A stretch of 63,851 nucleotides of DNA, counting the filler, from an uncultured Candidatus Sumerlaeota bacterium (lineage in GTDB: Bacteria; CAYMEV01), in NCBI GenBank assembly GCA_964389675.1. It is 6 parts of 6 records of this genome, joined end to end, with 100 filler letters (N's around TTAATTAATTAA, not from the genome) between each part and the next. Parts side by side here need not be neighbours in the genome. Positions count along the whole stretch, not along the records: positions 13,136 to 25,820 come from CAYMEV010000040.1; positions 25,921 to 37,983 come from CAYMEV010000041.1; 4 more parts are not named here. The stretch is one strand, 5' to 3'. The notes beneath the pieces were generated by a model. That model was not told the origin of the DNA, did no database searches, and worked only from the letters and a program-made list of their open reading frames with translations. Made by a program: the position numbers and the translations under genes. Shown piece by piece: positions 19,560 to 30,688 of this stretch (the stretch's first letter is position 1; each line of letters opens with the position of its first letter).

Positions 19560-22520
19560 ATGGATTTTCAGAAGAAGAAAACCAGTATTATCCTTATCTA
19601 TACTGCCCTTTTTATTACAGGAATAATATCCTTAATAAAAATACCCAGAGAGGATTCCCCTGAGAGATCATTTACCTGTGTAAGCGTACACACTTTTAAT
19701 TACGGGAAAACACCTGAATTTATGGACAGGTATGTAACAGGTGCATTGGAGGGTGCGCTTTCCACTCTGCCTTTTGTGGAGAATATAAAGAGCAGAAGCG
19801 CTGAATCATCATCAGTAATTGACATTGAAGTGACTGAAAATATAAACAGAGCAATCCTTAATTATTATATTAATAATGCATGCGCCTCTGTTTTTGATAA
19901 ATTCCCTGAAAAAACGACATACCCCATGATAAGCATACTTGAATCTTCTGATATGCTGGAAAGAGACGATGCCCCTTTCCAGCTGGCTCTCTATATTGAA
20001 AACAGGTCAAGAGAAGAGCTTTTTGAATATTTCAGCAGGTATATACATAATGATCTTTCAATGGCCAAGGGTGTAAAAGCTGTTGCAATAGAGGGAAAAC
20101 CGACATGCTATGAAGAGATAGAGATTGATTATATCAGCAGTCTGCCTCATTGTGAATGGCCAGGCACTCTGCCGGGTGGCCAAAGCTGGATAATAGGGCA
20201 TATAAATGATAATGAAAGTTTCTATCCTGTTAAGTATGACTATTGGGAAAGCATTTATCAATCTATTTTATGCATGGAGGATGCAGGCGCAGCAAAAATA
20301 AGAACTGTAAATGAGATAGACGGGAAATACCAGCAGATCAAGCTTAATCAAAGGGATGCTCTCATAATTACGATATACAGGGATCAGGATTCAAATGTAT
20401 TTTCTATTAAGAAATCCATAAAGGATATTCTTAAAAAAAGCCAGATAAGATATTTTTTTATCAAGGATGCATCTGCAGGGCTGTATGACCAGATATATTT
20501 CTTTTCGACCAGGCTGTTGCTTTCCATAATACTGATAAATATAATACTTCTGCTGTTTTATAAAAGCCTCAGGATTATAGTCCTCTTTGATATTACTATT
20601 ATTGTTAATGTTCTAATATGCATAAATATACTCTATAATCTGGGTGTTACCATCAATTACTATTCCATTGCAGCATTTCTGATATCCTTCGGTGTAATAA
20701 TTGACAATGCAATTATTGTTTATGAGTATATATTCAGGCATATCGGGAAAAAATTGGGAGTCATGCCCGCAATTAACAGAGGAATCAGCAGGGCAGGCCA
20801 TGTGGTGGTAGCTACAACCATCACAAATATATGTATATTTGTCCCCTTTGTATATATAAACCCTGACCTTAAGAACCAGCTGTTCTCCTTTGCCCTTACC
20901 ATTGTAATAAGCATGCTGGTCTCCATTGCAGTGTCCTTTACCCTAATTCCTGTTCTTATGCTGATATTCAATCTTAGGAAGGCTGTTGCGCGCAGGTGGA
21001 CATATTTCAGTGCCGCCTTGTACAGAGTCATGATAAGCAAAATATTGCATGTATCCCTGATACCGCTTGCAATACTGCTGTTATCCTTCTTTTCTGCCTT
21101 CAATCTTTATAGAACAGAAATCAGCCAGATATTTTCAGAATACAAGGCAGTAGGGCATAATGACTATCTCACCCTTGAGTTCAGCACTGGCGAAAACTCA
21201 AACCCGGAGCTACTGGATGAGGCAATAGCCGATTATGATAACCTGTTTAATTACTGCCTGGGAAAGCATGACTTTATTGAAAACCTGCTATTTATAAAGG
21301 GATATGATAATGTAACCTATAAGGTATTTTTCAAAGACGGGGAGAATAGTAAACCTGTAATATTAAAGCAATTATGCCAGATACTTGGCAATTACTACCA
21401 TAAGCTTAATTTAAGTCTCAGCGGACTTAAGAGCTCCCACAGTATCTACCTGTATAGAGGAGGCCTAGCAAAATCCAGCCTGAAGCTGGCTGGTTATGAT
21501 TATAATTACCTTGTTAACTTTGCCGAGAATCTGGCAAAGCAGATAGATGCCTTCGATGAGATAATAAATGTCCAGGTGGGAAGTACCAGAGGTACCTCTG
21601 TTAATGAAAAAGTTCTTAAAATAAAGCCCGCCCTGGTTAATACAGATTACCAGCAATATGCCGGCCTTATTGCAGATCTTATGAATGATACGGTAATAAG
21701 GCATGAAGGCAGAAATATAAGGATAAAATATATTGGCGATATCCAGGAGAAAAGGCTTATGGAACTCATTCTGGACCCGGGTTCCGGACTCAGGACCAGT
21801 GATATATTCAACCTTGCTACAAGGGAGACTCCTTATTCCATAACCAAGGAGAACGGCAGATACACTCTTGCCGTCGAGTACAGCTTTGTCAGCAGGGGTT
21901 CTGAAAGCCTTTCAAATACCCTGTACAGAAGAATACAGAACAATACCAGCTATCCCCCCGGGATAGAGGATATAACCATGGAGTCTTCAAAAAGAAGCTA
22001 CTATGATTATATGGATTCAAAAAACATATACTGGTATATAGCTCTTACACTAGTTATTGTCTACTGCATCACCACGATAATGGTACAGTCCTATCTGGAT
22101 GGATTTCTGATAATACTTAATATATTCTTTACCTTCTCATTTATTGTATTTGCTGTTTATTTAATGGGCCTATTTCTGGATATAAACGCCATACTCGCAT
22201 TCATTATTCTTACAGGCATAGTGATCAACGGTTCTCTAATATTCTATTTCAGCATGAGCAGAAACAAACCGGGCGATAATATAAAAAAGCGAATCATAGT
22301 AAGTGCAGGAGAATCCTGCATGTCTGTAATGCTCACAACCCTGACCACGATTGCCGGTTTTCTGCCTTTTGCGGTATTACTGCCTGAGGGCCTGGAGATT
22401 AACCGCTGGTATTCCATGTCAGTCATAATGATCATAGGGGTCACTGGGGGAATGATATACAGCCTCTTATTTTATCCCTGCATTCTCTATCTAAGCAGAA
22501 TAATGAAAACTGAAGTCTGA
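19560..22520 (+). CDS. Second, divergent RND permease subunit
   Basis: 986 aa RND topology; GVIIDNAIIV, GIVING, LTTLTTIAGFLP. Confidence 0.85.
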   Translation: MDFQKKKTSIILIYTALFITGIISLIKIPREDSPERSFTCVSVHTFNYGKTPEFMDRYVTGALEGALSTLPFVENIKSRSAESSSVIDIEVTENINRAILNYYINNACASVFDKFPEKTTYPMISILESSDMLERDDAPFQLALYIENRSREELFEYFSRYIHNDLSMAKGVKAVAIEGKPTCYEEIEIDYISSLPHCEWPGTLPGGQSWIIGHINDNESFYPVKYDYWESIYQSILCMEDAGAAKIRTVNEIDGKYQQIKLNQRDALIITIYRDQDSNVFSIKKSIKDILKKSQIRYFFIKDASAGLYDQIYFFSTRLLLSIILINIILLLFYKSLRIIVLFDITIIVNVLICINILYNLGVTINYYSIAAFLISFGVIIDNAIIVYEYIFRHIGKKLGVMPAINRGISRAGHVVVATTITNICIFVPFVYINPDLKNQLFSFALTIVISMLVSIAVSFTLIPVLMLIFNLRKAVARRWTYFSAALYRVMISKILHVSLIPLAILLLSFFSAFNLYRTEISQIFSEYKAVGHNDYLTLEFSTGENSNPELLDEAIADYDNLFNYCLGKHDFIENLLFIKGYDNVTYKVFFKDGENSKPVILKQLCQILGNYYHKLNLSLSGLKSSHSIYLYRGGLAKSSLKLAGYDYNYLVNFAENLAKQIDAFDEIINVQVGSTRGTSVNEKVLKIKPALVNTDYQQYAGLIADLMNDTVIRHEGRNIRIKYIGDIQEKRLMELILDPGSGLRTSDIFNLATRETPYSITKENGRYTLAVEYSFVSRGSESLSNTLYRRIQNNTSYPPGIEDITMESSKRSYYDYMDSKNIYWYIALTLVIVYCITTIMVQSYLDGFLIILNIFFTFSFIVFAVYLMGLFLDINAILAFIILTGIVINGSLIFYFSMSRNKPGDNIKKRIIVSAGESCMSVMLTTLTTIAGFLPFAVLLPEGLEINRWYSMSVIMIIGVTGGMIYSLLFYPCILYLSRIMKTEV

Positions 22521-22788
22521 CAAAAGATAATTTTATGCCCAGGATAACTACCGGCAACAAAAGAACAGCCCGGCAGCATCCCGATGCCTGCTTCTGAGAC
22601 CATTCCCAGCTCTGATTGGACAATCTTGCCCGGTTTAGTATATAAACCTTATAATAGTTTTTTCATCAAAGCATAGATAAGATCAGGATCATCAATCTCA
22701 TAAAAGGGCTTCTCAAGTTTTCCGGGTATGCATCTATTTTTATCCTCATCAAATATTGAGATATACTCTTCTGAAATATAGGAAAAAC

Positions 22789-22812
22789 GGATAAGAAAAT
22801 CAATTTTCACCC
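22789..22812 (-). mobile_element. Putative oriIS end of the IS91/ISCR-like element
   Basis: Minus strand GGTGAAAATTGATTTTCTTATCC resembles the IS91/ISCR oriIS pattern (TTGAAnTTCCTATAC), about 220 bp past the transposase stop. Confidence 0.45.
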
Positions 22813-23362
22813 TTTAGCTCAAATCTCAAAAATCTGGTCCAGATTATTCAAATCCTTATAATATTCTGCATACATTTTAGAATCGTAATAATCTTAGGCA
22901 ATAATTTCTGATGAGTCTGCATAATTTTTCCAAAATTGCTTAATGTATAGGATTTTTGGCCTGTTTTAAGGCAAAAAATTACAATAGCTCCCCCTTGATT
23001 ATTATAAATCTTGTTAAAAAATATTAATCTATACAGTAGCAGAAGCTCTGAGGTATTCAGGAAGTGATACCCTTGATTCTATTACAGGTATTTCTGCAGG
23101 GTACATACCTATATGTTTTAGTATCTTTATAATCTCATGCCTTTCCTGAATAAAGGCTATTATTTTCATATCAGAGCCGCAGACAAAAAACGCGACATTT
23201 CAGCGGATCTATCTCATACTCGACTTTCGGAGATAAACTCAAAAAAAGCCTTGGAATGCACTGTTGAAGGTAATCCTGGCACTTTACTTTTGTAGGCCCT
23301 ATATAAATTAAGAGCCTGAAATAAAACAATCATTGATAATAGCGGTTTATTGCATTTTTTTC

Positions 23363-23391
23363 TTGACAATGTAGAACCTATATTATAAGAT
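23363..23391 (+). promoter_or_regulatory. Sigma70-type promoter of the IS1634 transposase
   Basis: TTGACA-17bp-TAAGAT ending 7 bp before ATG 23399; no SD sequence. Confidence 0.55.
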
Positions 23392-23398
23392 ACTAAAC

Positions 23399-25114
23399 AT
23401 GGCTCATATATACAAAAAGAAGATAGGAGGTAGAACCTACTGGTACCTGCGGGAGACTTGCCGGGACGGCAGTAAGGTGCGTGTAAAATGGCAGAAGTAT
23501 CTGGGTACTCCCGAAACAATCCTATCCAGACTTGAAAAGGCAGAAGAAACAGAAAAGCCTGTCAAAATTAAAACAGAAGAGTTTGGTTCTGTGTTTCTTG
23601 CCAATGAACTTGAAAAAATGATTGATACTGCTGGTATAGTTGATTCAATTATATCCCCTGGTGCAAGAGAAAAAGGTCCTTCTGTGGGAGAATACTTCTT
23701 TTATGCCTGGGCAAACAGGCTGATTGAGCCAAAGAGCAAGAATTCAATAGGTGAATGGTTCAGCTGTACAGCTATTGACACAATGAGAAAGGTCGGAAAG
23801 GATGATCTGAATTCAAAGAGGTACTGGGACAAATGGGATAGAGTAAAACGCGAGCATATAGAGGCAATCGGCAAGGCATTCTTTGAGCGCCTGTGGGCAA
23901 TTAGAGAATGTGCGCCGGAATGTGTACTGTTTGATACAACCAATTATTACAGCTATATTGATTCTAAGACTGAGTCAGAGCTCTTTGAGCGGGGGTACAA
24001 TAAGGCAGGGAAACACCAGCTTCGCCAGGTCGGTCTGGCTTTGCTTGTTGATTCAGCAACACGGCTCCCCGTTTTCTATCGGGAATATGTCGGGAACGAG
24101 CATGACTCATCTGTTTTCAATCAGGTTATTGATGAAATGTTTGGTTTGCTCTGTGGTTTCAACAATACAAAACAGCGTCTTACCGTGGTTTTTGACAAAG
24201 GCATGAACAGTGAAGATAACATTTCATACATTGACAATCATAGGCGCATGCACTTTGTTACCACATACTCGACATACTTTGCTGAAGAGCTGGCTTCTAC
24301 TGATTTGAAGCATTTTTCACCGCTCAGTATAAGGCACAACGAGATGCTGAGAGACAAAGCAGATGCTGTCAGTGCTTACAGAACCACTCTGGAGCTCTGG
24401 GGCAAAGAGCGTACTGTTATTGTTACCTTTAACCCCAAGACCAGGAGAAAGAAACTATTACGTTTTGAGGAAAAGCTTGAAAAAATCCGCCGGGAATTGC
24501 TTTTCTTCAGGAGGAATTACCGAAATAAGCAGCGACATTGGAGAAATTTTGATATAATTGTGCAGAGATATCATCGTTTGTGTGAGCAGCTGCGTATAGG
24601 TTCTCAGTATTACCGCATTGAGCAGAGTACTGATTCATCTGAGATCTCATTTAGAAAAGATCCCTATCAGACAGCCAAATCCGAGGGACTATTTGGTAAG
24701 AACATAATTGTAACTGACAATTCAGACTGGACTACCGAGGATATAGTTCAGGCATCTCTTGATCGATGGGGAGTTGAAAAGGCATTTCGCGATACAAAAT
24801 CCTCCCGGCACATCAGCACGCACCCTATGTACCACTGGACCGATAACAAGATTCGCTGCCATCTTCTTACCTGTATTATTGCTCTTACCATGCAGAGATT
24901 ACTTGAGCTAATCATTGAGCCCTCTCTCGGAACAATGAGTGCTGATAAGATCATTGAAGCAATGCGAGAACTGCGTTCCGTCATTGTCTGGTATCCAAAA
25001 AAGAAAAAACCTCAGCATCAGCTTGAAGAACCTACCTTAATTCAAAAAGAAGTACTCAAAGCCTTTGGGTATGAAGTTAATGAAAATTGGGTTCTACAAA
25101 AAATAAATCCCTAA
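23399..25114 (+). CDS. IS1634 family DDE transposase
   Basis: LFDTTNY, VFDKG, VEKAFRDTK and HWTDNKIRCH motifs; intact 571 aa. Confidence 0.93.
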   Translation: MAHIYKKKIGGRTYWYLRETCRDGSKVRVKWQKYLGTPETILSRLEKAEETEKPVKIKTEEFGSVFLANELEKMIDTAGIVDSIISPGAREKGPSVGEYFFYAWANRLIEPKSKNSIGEWFSCTAIDTMRKVGKDDLNSKRYWDKWDRVKREHIEAIGKAFFERLWAIRECAPECVLFDTTNYYSYIDSKTESELFERGYNKAGKHQLRQVGLALLVDSATRLPVFYREYVGNEHDSSVFNQVIDEMFGLLCGFNNTKQRLTVVFDKGMNSEDNISYIDNHRRMHFVTTYSTYFAEELASTDLKHFSPLSIRHNEMLRDKADAVSAYRTTLELWGKERTVIVTFNPKTRRKKLLRFEEKLEKIRRELLFFRRNYRNKQRHWRNFDIIVQRYHRLCEQLRIGSQYYRIEQSTDSSEISFRKDPYQTAKSEGLFGKNIIVTDNSDWTTEDIVQASLDRWGVEKAFRDTKSSRHISTHPMYHWTDNKIRCHLLTCIIALTMQRLLELIIEPSLGTMSADKIIEAMRELRSVIVWYPKKKKPQHQLEEPTLIQKEVLKAFGYEVNENWVLQKINP

Positions 25115-25820
25115 TCCCTCTTACAGAGCTACTTAAGATACATATATCGATTTATCTCCGAAAGTCCTGTCATATACTTTATATATCAGCATTGCCCATG
25201 ACCTGCGGGCTGACCTTATATCAGGGGGATCATTAATTATCTTTATGTCCCTCTTTTTCCTTTTGCCCCTGCAGACATTAGAATAGTACCCATAATATCT
25301 AATAAGGCATTCATAGGGGTCGGGAATATGCAGACATACCCTGTGGAGGAATTCAATAGCATCCAGTATCTCAAAATTCCTGTTTTTACCAGGATGCATC
25401 TTTGATCTGTATATAATATTATGGGATTTCTCAGAGAAGATTATCTTCTCTGAGGCAAAAGAGAATAAGCGCATGCACTATGTATTCTGCAAGCCTGGAT
25501 AAGGCATTTGGATTATCCTCTGATATCAATACTGCATTATGTACTGAGAAGCCTGTATATTGCCAACCTCTCATCTTATTAATAAGTATAGAACTCTGCT
25601 TTTTAATAAAAGCATTTTTCGTGCATTTCTCTTAAGCATGTCAAATACTTTTTTTATCCATTATTCCGCATTCGAGGTATTTGTTGACTGTCTTTCCGAT
25701 GATTTTCCTGAAAGGTCCGTATTCTTTCTCATAATGGGAGGGATATATGCTCTCATAGTGATTGTAATAGTTATATGCTATTTTGTATAGAGCTGTTTTC
25801 TCCGGGGTTCTCCTTTTGTA

Positions 25821-25920
25821 NNNNNNNNNNNNNNNNNNNNNNNNNNNNNNNNNNNNNNNNNNNNTTAATTAATTAANNNNNNNNNNNNNNNNNNNNNNNN
25901 NNNNNNNNNNNNNNNNNNNN
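25821..25920. other. Artificial contig linker
   Basis: N-run with TTAATTAATTAA. Confidence 0.98.
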
Positions 25921-28221
25921 CCGGCTGAGCAGTGCATTAACAAACTTCTCCGGTTCAAACGGCATAAGGTCATATGCTTTTTCTCCGACACCGATATATT
26001 TTATGGGCAGATCAAGCTCTTCAGATATTGCTGCGATTATGCCACCTTTGGCAGTTCCATCAAGCTTTGTAAGTATAATTCCATTTATATCTACAATTTC
26101 TTTGAATTGCCTTGCCTGCGATATCGCATTCTGGCCATTTGTTGCATCGAGAATCAGTAATGTCGAATGCGGGGATCCTGGCAGCTGTTTGTCTATTGTC
26201 CTTTTTACCTTTTCCAGCTCCTGCATTAGATTGGTCTTGGTATGCAGCCTACCTGCCGTATCCAGAATGAGGATGTCATAATCCCTTGCTTTTGCTGAAT
26301 TTACTGCATCAAAAGCTACTGCAGAAGGATCCGCACCCTCCCTGTGCTTTATAACAGGCACATTAAGCCTGTCAGCCCAGATCTCAAGCTGTTCAATTGC
26401 TGCTGCGCGGAAAGTATCGCATGCAGCCAGCATAACCTTCTTATTGTCCATCTTAAACTGCCGGGCAAGCTTTGCAATGGTTGTCGTCTTGCCAACTCCG
26501 TTTACGCCGACTATCATAATTATATACGGTTTTTTGTCAAGATCAGCTATAGGCCCCGAGCTGGGTCTTGAAAGAGCATTTATAAGGTGTGTCCTAATAT
26601 GGGATATAAGTATATCCGGGTCTTTTTTCTCTTTTGCCGACAGGTTTTTTTCAAGAGTACTTATGATCTTTGAAGTAAGGCTTACTCCAATATCTGACAA
26701 TATCAGGATTTCCTCGAGTTCATCCGCCATATCTTCGTCCATAAGCCCCCTGGCTTTATTTACAAATGAGTTTATCCGGCCGTATAACTGGTCCTGAGTC
26801 CTTGATAATCCGTCTTTAAGACGGTTTATCATCTTCTTCTGGGACAGAGTGTCTTCAAGGAACTCCCTGACCTTCAATTCCTGAGAAGACAGCTCGCGGG
26901 TCTTTTCTTCCTTTGCAAGCCCCCTGGAAATACTTTTCATAAGCCTGACCGCTTCTTCATAGAAAACTGTATCCCTGTAATTTATCTCTAAAAAGGAGAT
27001 AATATCGGTTGCCTGGCTTATGTTCCCGCCTTCTTTAAGCAGTTTGCCGTACATAAGCAGCTGGTTCGGAGAGAACAGGCTTCTGGAGTTGTTGTATATT
27101 TCATCGAACTGCTTTAATGATTGATTATTCCTCTGCTGATAATAATAAAGAGCCGAAAGGGATAACTGGGATCTATACCTTAGTTCCCTGTCAATATCTG
27201 TATTCTTCATTGCTTTTTTCATGGTTCTTTCAATCTTTTTGCATGTTTCATCATTAATATCCAGTTGCCTGCTTTTTTCTGCGATCATATCAATTATAAG
27301 ATCAGCAGAGCATATACTGTGTTTATCAAAGAATGGCTGGTCAAGGACCATTGTCAGATATTCAACTCCCAGGTCAGGCTTTTTGATGTCTTTATACATT
27401 CTGCCGATCTGAAACAGGAATCCGTTCTTATCCTCGTTTTTCAGATTATTCAGGCTTTTTTGAAGAATTTTCTCTGCCCGTTTATAATCTTCCTGCTCGA
27501 TGAAAATTAATGCGTAGGCAAGAATGTCTTCAGAATCCAGCTGATCCCTTGAGTATCTTTTGCCCAGTTCATTTTTGAGATTTTTTAAAAATTGGTGGCA
27601 TTTTACGGAAATTTCCGGATCAGACATATCCTTTAAAATGGATGAGACAGCTTCAATGGCTTTGATATTATCATTTTTCCTATGATAGTACATTGCGTTG
27701 AGATAAATAAAATCAGGGTTATTCTCAATTTCGCCTTTTTTATATTCTTCCAGGTTCTGCTTAAGCTCTTCCAGGAAACCAAGCTGATCGGATTTAAGGA
27801 AAAACTCAAAGGCTTTCAGGATTTTCTGGCCATCAGCAAGATATTCATTTGTTTTCATCCCCGATATAATAAATTCTCCGAGACTTGCTGAATCCTCTTT
27901 GGAAAGGTTTTTCCCATCAAAATGGTCAAGTGTTGCAAAAAGGGTATCAACCGCTTCTCTGTTTCTGGAAATCAGGTCAATATTATCAAGTGCATATGCA
28001 AGTGAATCAGCTGTTCTGTTAAGCCTTGCAAGCGAGATATATTTCAGGGGGACGGCAAGGCTTGAATCAAAGCCCTCAGCTTTGCTCAGTTCTTCCGCTA
28101 CTCTAAGAAACAGCTTTGGATTCTCAGAAAGAAGGCTTTTCATCCTGCTTTCCTGGTTTGCTGAATTTATTATTTCATTGACCTTCCTGTTGATTTTGCT
28201 GTTTGTAAATAACATTTCCAA
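25921..28221 (-). CDS. ftsY: SRP receptor FtsY with long N-terminal TPR-like extension (3' end at contig edge)
   Basis: GVNGVGKTTT, DTFRAAA, DTAGR, TKLDGTAKGG and GVGE motifs; LKDGLSRT helix before the NG domain; about 450-aa helical N-terminus. Confidence 0.93.
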
Positions 28222-28230
28222 TGCACCTGC

Positions 28231-29019
28231 TTATTCTATCAGCGAGTCAATGTCCTCTAAATTGATCAGCTTCTGCCTGATTACCCTTGACAGTTCCTCA
28301 GGGCATTCAGGATTGTTTAATGCCTTTTTATAGTTTGAAACCGCAGCCGGAATATCGTGCTTCATCTCGTAGATCAGTCCAATATTATAGGTGAACTGCG
28401 GTATATCAGGCTGTATTGCAAGAGCCTTCTCAAATATCTCTATGGCATCTTCAAGCCTGTCCGTATCTTTATATAGAAGGCCCAGCTGAAGATAGCTGTA
28501 AAGAAAATCAGGAGCTTTTTCAATGGCTTTCTTAAGCTCGGATATTGCAAGGTCCTGTTTATTTTCCCTGATAAATATAAGTGCAAGGTTGTAATGTGCC
28601 AGTTCGGGTGTAGTGTAGCTTTTGTTTTTCAGCACCTCTATAAAATGGTATTTTGCTTCATCATATTTGCCTGTTTCAGCATAAAGCACACCGAGATTAT
28701 TATGAGTATCAAAGAATCCCGGCTCCAGATCAAGGGCAACCTTGAAGTACTCCTCTGCTGTCTTATAGTCCCTCAGCCCCTTATATGCCAGGCCTATAGA
28801 ATTGATCAGGAGAGGGTCATTCTTTATGGCTTCGTAAGCTAAATTCAGTTCTTTCAGTGCCTGCCCATAATCCCTGTTATCAAGAAATCTCATGCCAATC
28901 CTCATATGAGCCTGGGCAGTCTGCATCTCAGAAATCTGTTTTTCGGTCTTTTTTGCTGATGAACATCCAGCAATTATAGCCAGGATTATTAATAATGATA
29001 TTATTTCAGCCTTCCTCAT
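28231..29019 (-). CDS. TPR lipoprotein, PilF/PilW-like
   Basis: Lipobox IAGC; TPRs with NNLGVLY and YxTPELAHYNL typical of PilF/PilW. Confidence 0.75.
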   Translation of the reverse strand: MRKAEIISLLIILAIIAGCSSAKKTEKQISEMQTAQAHMRIGMRFLDNRDYGQALKELNLAYEAIKNDPLLINSIGLAYKGLRDYKTAEEYFKVALDLEPGFFDTHNNLGVLYAETGKYDEAKYHFIEVLKNKSYTTPELAHYNLALIFIRENKQDLAISELKKAIEKAPDFLYSYLQLGLLYKDTDRLEDAIEIFEKALAIQPDIPQFTYNIGLIYEMKHDIPAAVSNYKKALNNPECPEELSRVIRQKLINLEDIDSLIE

Positions 29020-30688
29020 AAAAAAATCTCCTTATTGATTCATAATAAGCATTTTCAAATGCTATAACTATTTTTGGGTCATATTTAGTGCCTGACCATT
29101 CAATTATTTTTGCCAGTACATCATCAGGCTCCCATTTATTCTGATAAGGCCTGTCTGTCGTCATGGCATCAAAAGTATCTGCAATGGCTATAATCCTTGC
29201 TTCCAGGGGGATCAGCTCTCCGCTGATTTTATCGGGATAGCCTGACCCGTCCCATTTTTCATGGTGGTGCTTCATTCCGGGAATGATATCATGAAGCTTC
29301 TTTATGCTTCCCATAATACTAGCTCCATAGATGGGGTGTTTCTGCATTTCTTTATATTCTTCATCATTCAGTATTCCCGGCTTTTGAAGAATGCTGTCGA
29401 TAATTCCAATTTTGCCGACATCATGCAGCAATGCCGCTATTTTGACCTTTTTTATGATATTTGGAGGCAGTCCCAGTGAATAGGCTATGGCAACACTGTA
29501 TTTTGTTACCCTCTCGGAATGCCCTTTTGTATACGGGTCTTTTGCATCAATGGATGATGCAAGTGCCTGAATGCTCTGGAAGAATAACTCTTCATTGTCT
29601 TTGGCAGCTTTTTCAAGCTGGATTATATACTCCTGAATCCTTTTTGTCATAATGTTGAAGGTATTTGCAAGGCGTCCAATCTCATTCTTTGATTTTATGT
29701 CAATAACCTGGGAGTACTGCCCATTTGCTATTAATTCAGATTTTTGATCAAATATCATAATAGGTGTGGAAAGCCTTTTTGCAAGTATATAGCTTACAAT
29801 CCCCACTGCAATTATTGTGGTGAAAAGTATTGAAATAGATACATATATTATCTGCGATATCTGCAGCCTGCTTTCTTCTTCAAGCCTTCTTACATAAAAG
29901 AGTGCGGTTTTTAAGGGCGATTGTGATATTATTCCCCAGTTTATATTATATATGTCAATATTTGCAAATGCACCGAAGATCTGCTCCCTTTCAATGTCAA
30001 GATAGGTAATGGAACCGGACCCCCTTCCTTGAAGCGCTGTATTTACAACCTCCAGATTACCCAGGAACTTTCTGTTGATCATCGTTGACTTATCGCTGTG
30101 ATAGACAGCAAATCCGTTCTGATCCACAACAAAAGCAGAACTCCCCCTGTATTCACGGCCGAATATGCTGTTGAAACTGCCGTACAGATTTGAACAAAGC
30201 TTTAGTATCATTTCCCCCCGGCCCTGAGTATCCAGCATCCTGTAGAAGCAAAAGTATGAATATATTTCATTATCTGTTTCATAAATATCAAGGTGTTCAA
30301 TAAATATCCCGTTCTGTTTTATGACGGAAACCAGGTCCTGGCTGTCTTCTGTATCTATTATGGTAAATACATAATTTGGGTCTTTATTTATGCTGTTTAA
30401 TGCATCTTCAATATTGGATGTCTGGATTGTCGAAAGCATATTTGCAGTATTGTTCAGTGTTGAAACATAGCCTGAGATAAGGATATTCAGCTCTTTTGCC
30501 AGCGATTTTACGCGGGATACCTCGGTCTCCTGCAGGTTTGCGATCAGAGTATCCTGGTATTTGTATATCAGGTCTTTTGTTATATTCTGGGTGCTTCTGA
30601 GGTTGAAAAATGTTGAAATTACCAGTGGAATAATCGATATTAGAAGGGTAGAGAGCAGTATCTCAGTAAGTATTGTCCTAATTTTCAT
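29006..30688 (-). CDS. HD-GYP phosphodiesterase with TM-Cache-HAMP sensor
   Basis: Two TMs, HAMP (NEIGRLANTFN), GHSERV, LHDVGK, HHEKWDGSGYP. Confidence 0.92.
   Translation of the reverse strand: MKIRTILTEILLSTLLISIIPLVISTFFNLRSTQNITKDLIYKYQDTLIANLQETEVSRVKSLAKELNILISGYVSTLNNTANMLSTIQTSNIEDALNSINKDPNYVFTIIDTEDSQDLVSVIKQNGIFIEHLDIYETDNEIYSYFCFYRMLDTQGRGEMILKLCSNLYGSFNSIFGREYRGSSAFVVDQNGFAVYHSDKSTMINRKFLGNLEVVNTALQGRGSGSITYLDIEREQIFGAFANIDIYNINWGIISQSPLKTALFYVRRLEEESRLQISQIIYVSISILFTTIIAVGIVSYILAKRLSTPIMIFDQKSELIANGQYSQVIDIKSKNEIGRLANTFNIMTKRIQEYIIQLEKAAKDNEELFFQSIQALASSIDAKDPYTKGHSERVTKYSVAIAYSLGLPPNIIKKVKIAALLHDVGKIGIIDSILQKPGILNDEEYKEMQKHPIYGASIMGSIKKLHDIIPGMKHHHEKWDGSGYPDKISGELIPLEARIIAIADTFDAMTTDRPYQNKWEPDDVLAKIIEWSGTKYDPKIVIAFENAYYESIRRFFYEEG

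Larger units (their letters stand above)
23219..25169 (+). mobile_element. Complete IS1634-family insertion sequence
   Basis: Terminal IRs CTCGACTTTCGGAGATAAA / TTTATCTCCGAAAGTCCTG (17/19); 5-bp target duplication TCATA at 23214-23218 and 25170-25174. Confidence 0.93.
23029..25820 (-). pseudogene. IS91-family (Y2) transposase pseudogene: internally deleted, frameshifted and split by IS1634
   Basis: Fragments RRTPEKTALY...YLECGI, WQYTGFSVHN, HIPDPYECLIRYYGYYSN and WAMLIYKVY|EIDPLKC..CGSDMKIIAFI on both sides of the IS1634. Confidence 0.85.

Noticed and set aside
22649-22810. 53-codon minus-strand ORF starting at GTG
   Set aside because: Its start lies inside the putative oriIS; probably a truncated gene remnant or chance ORF
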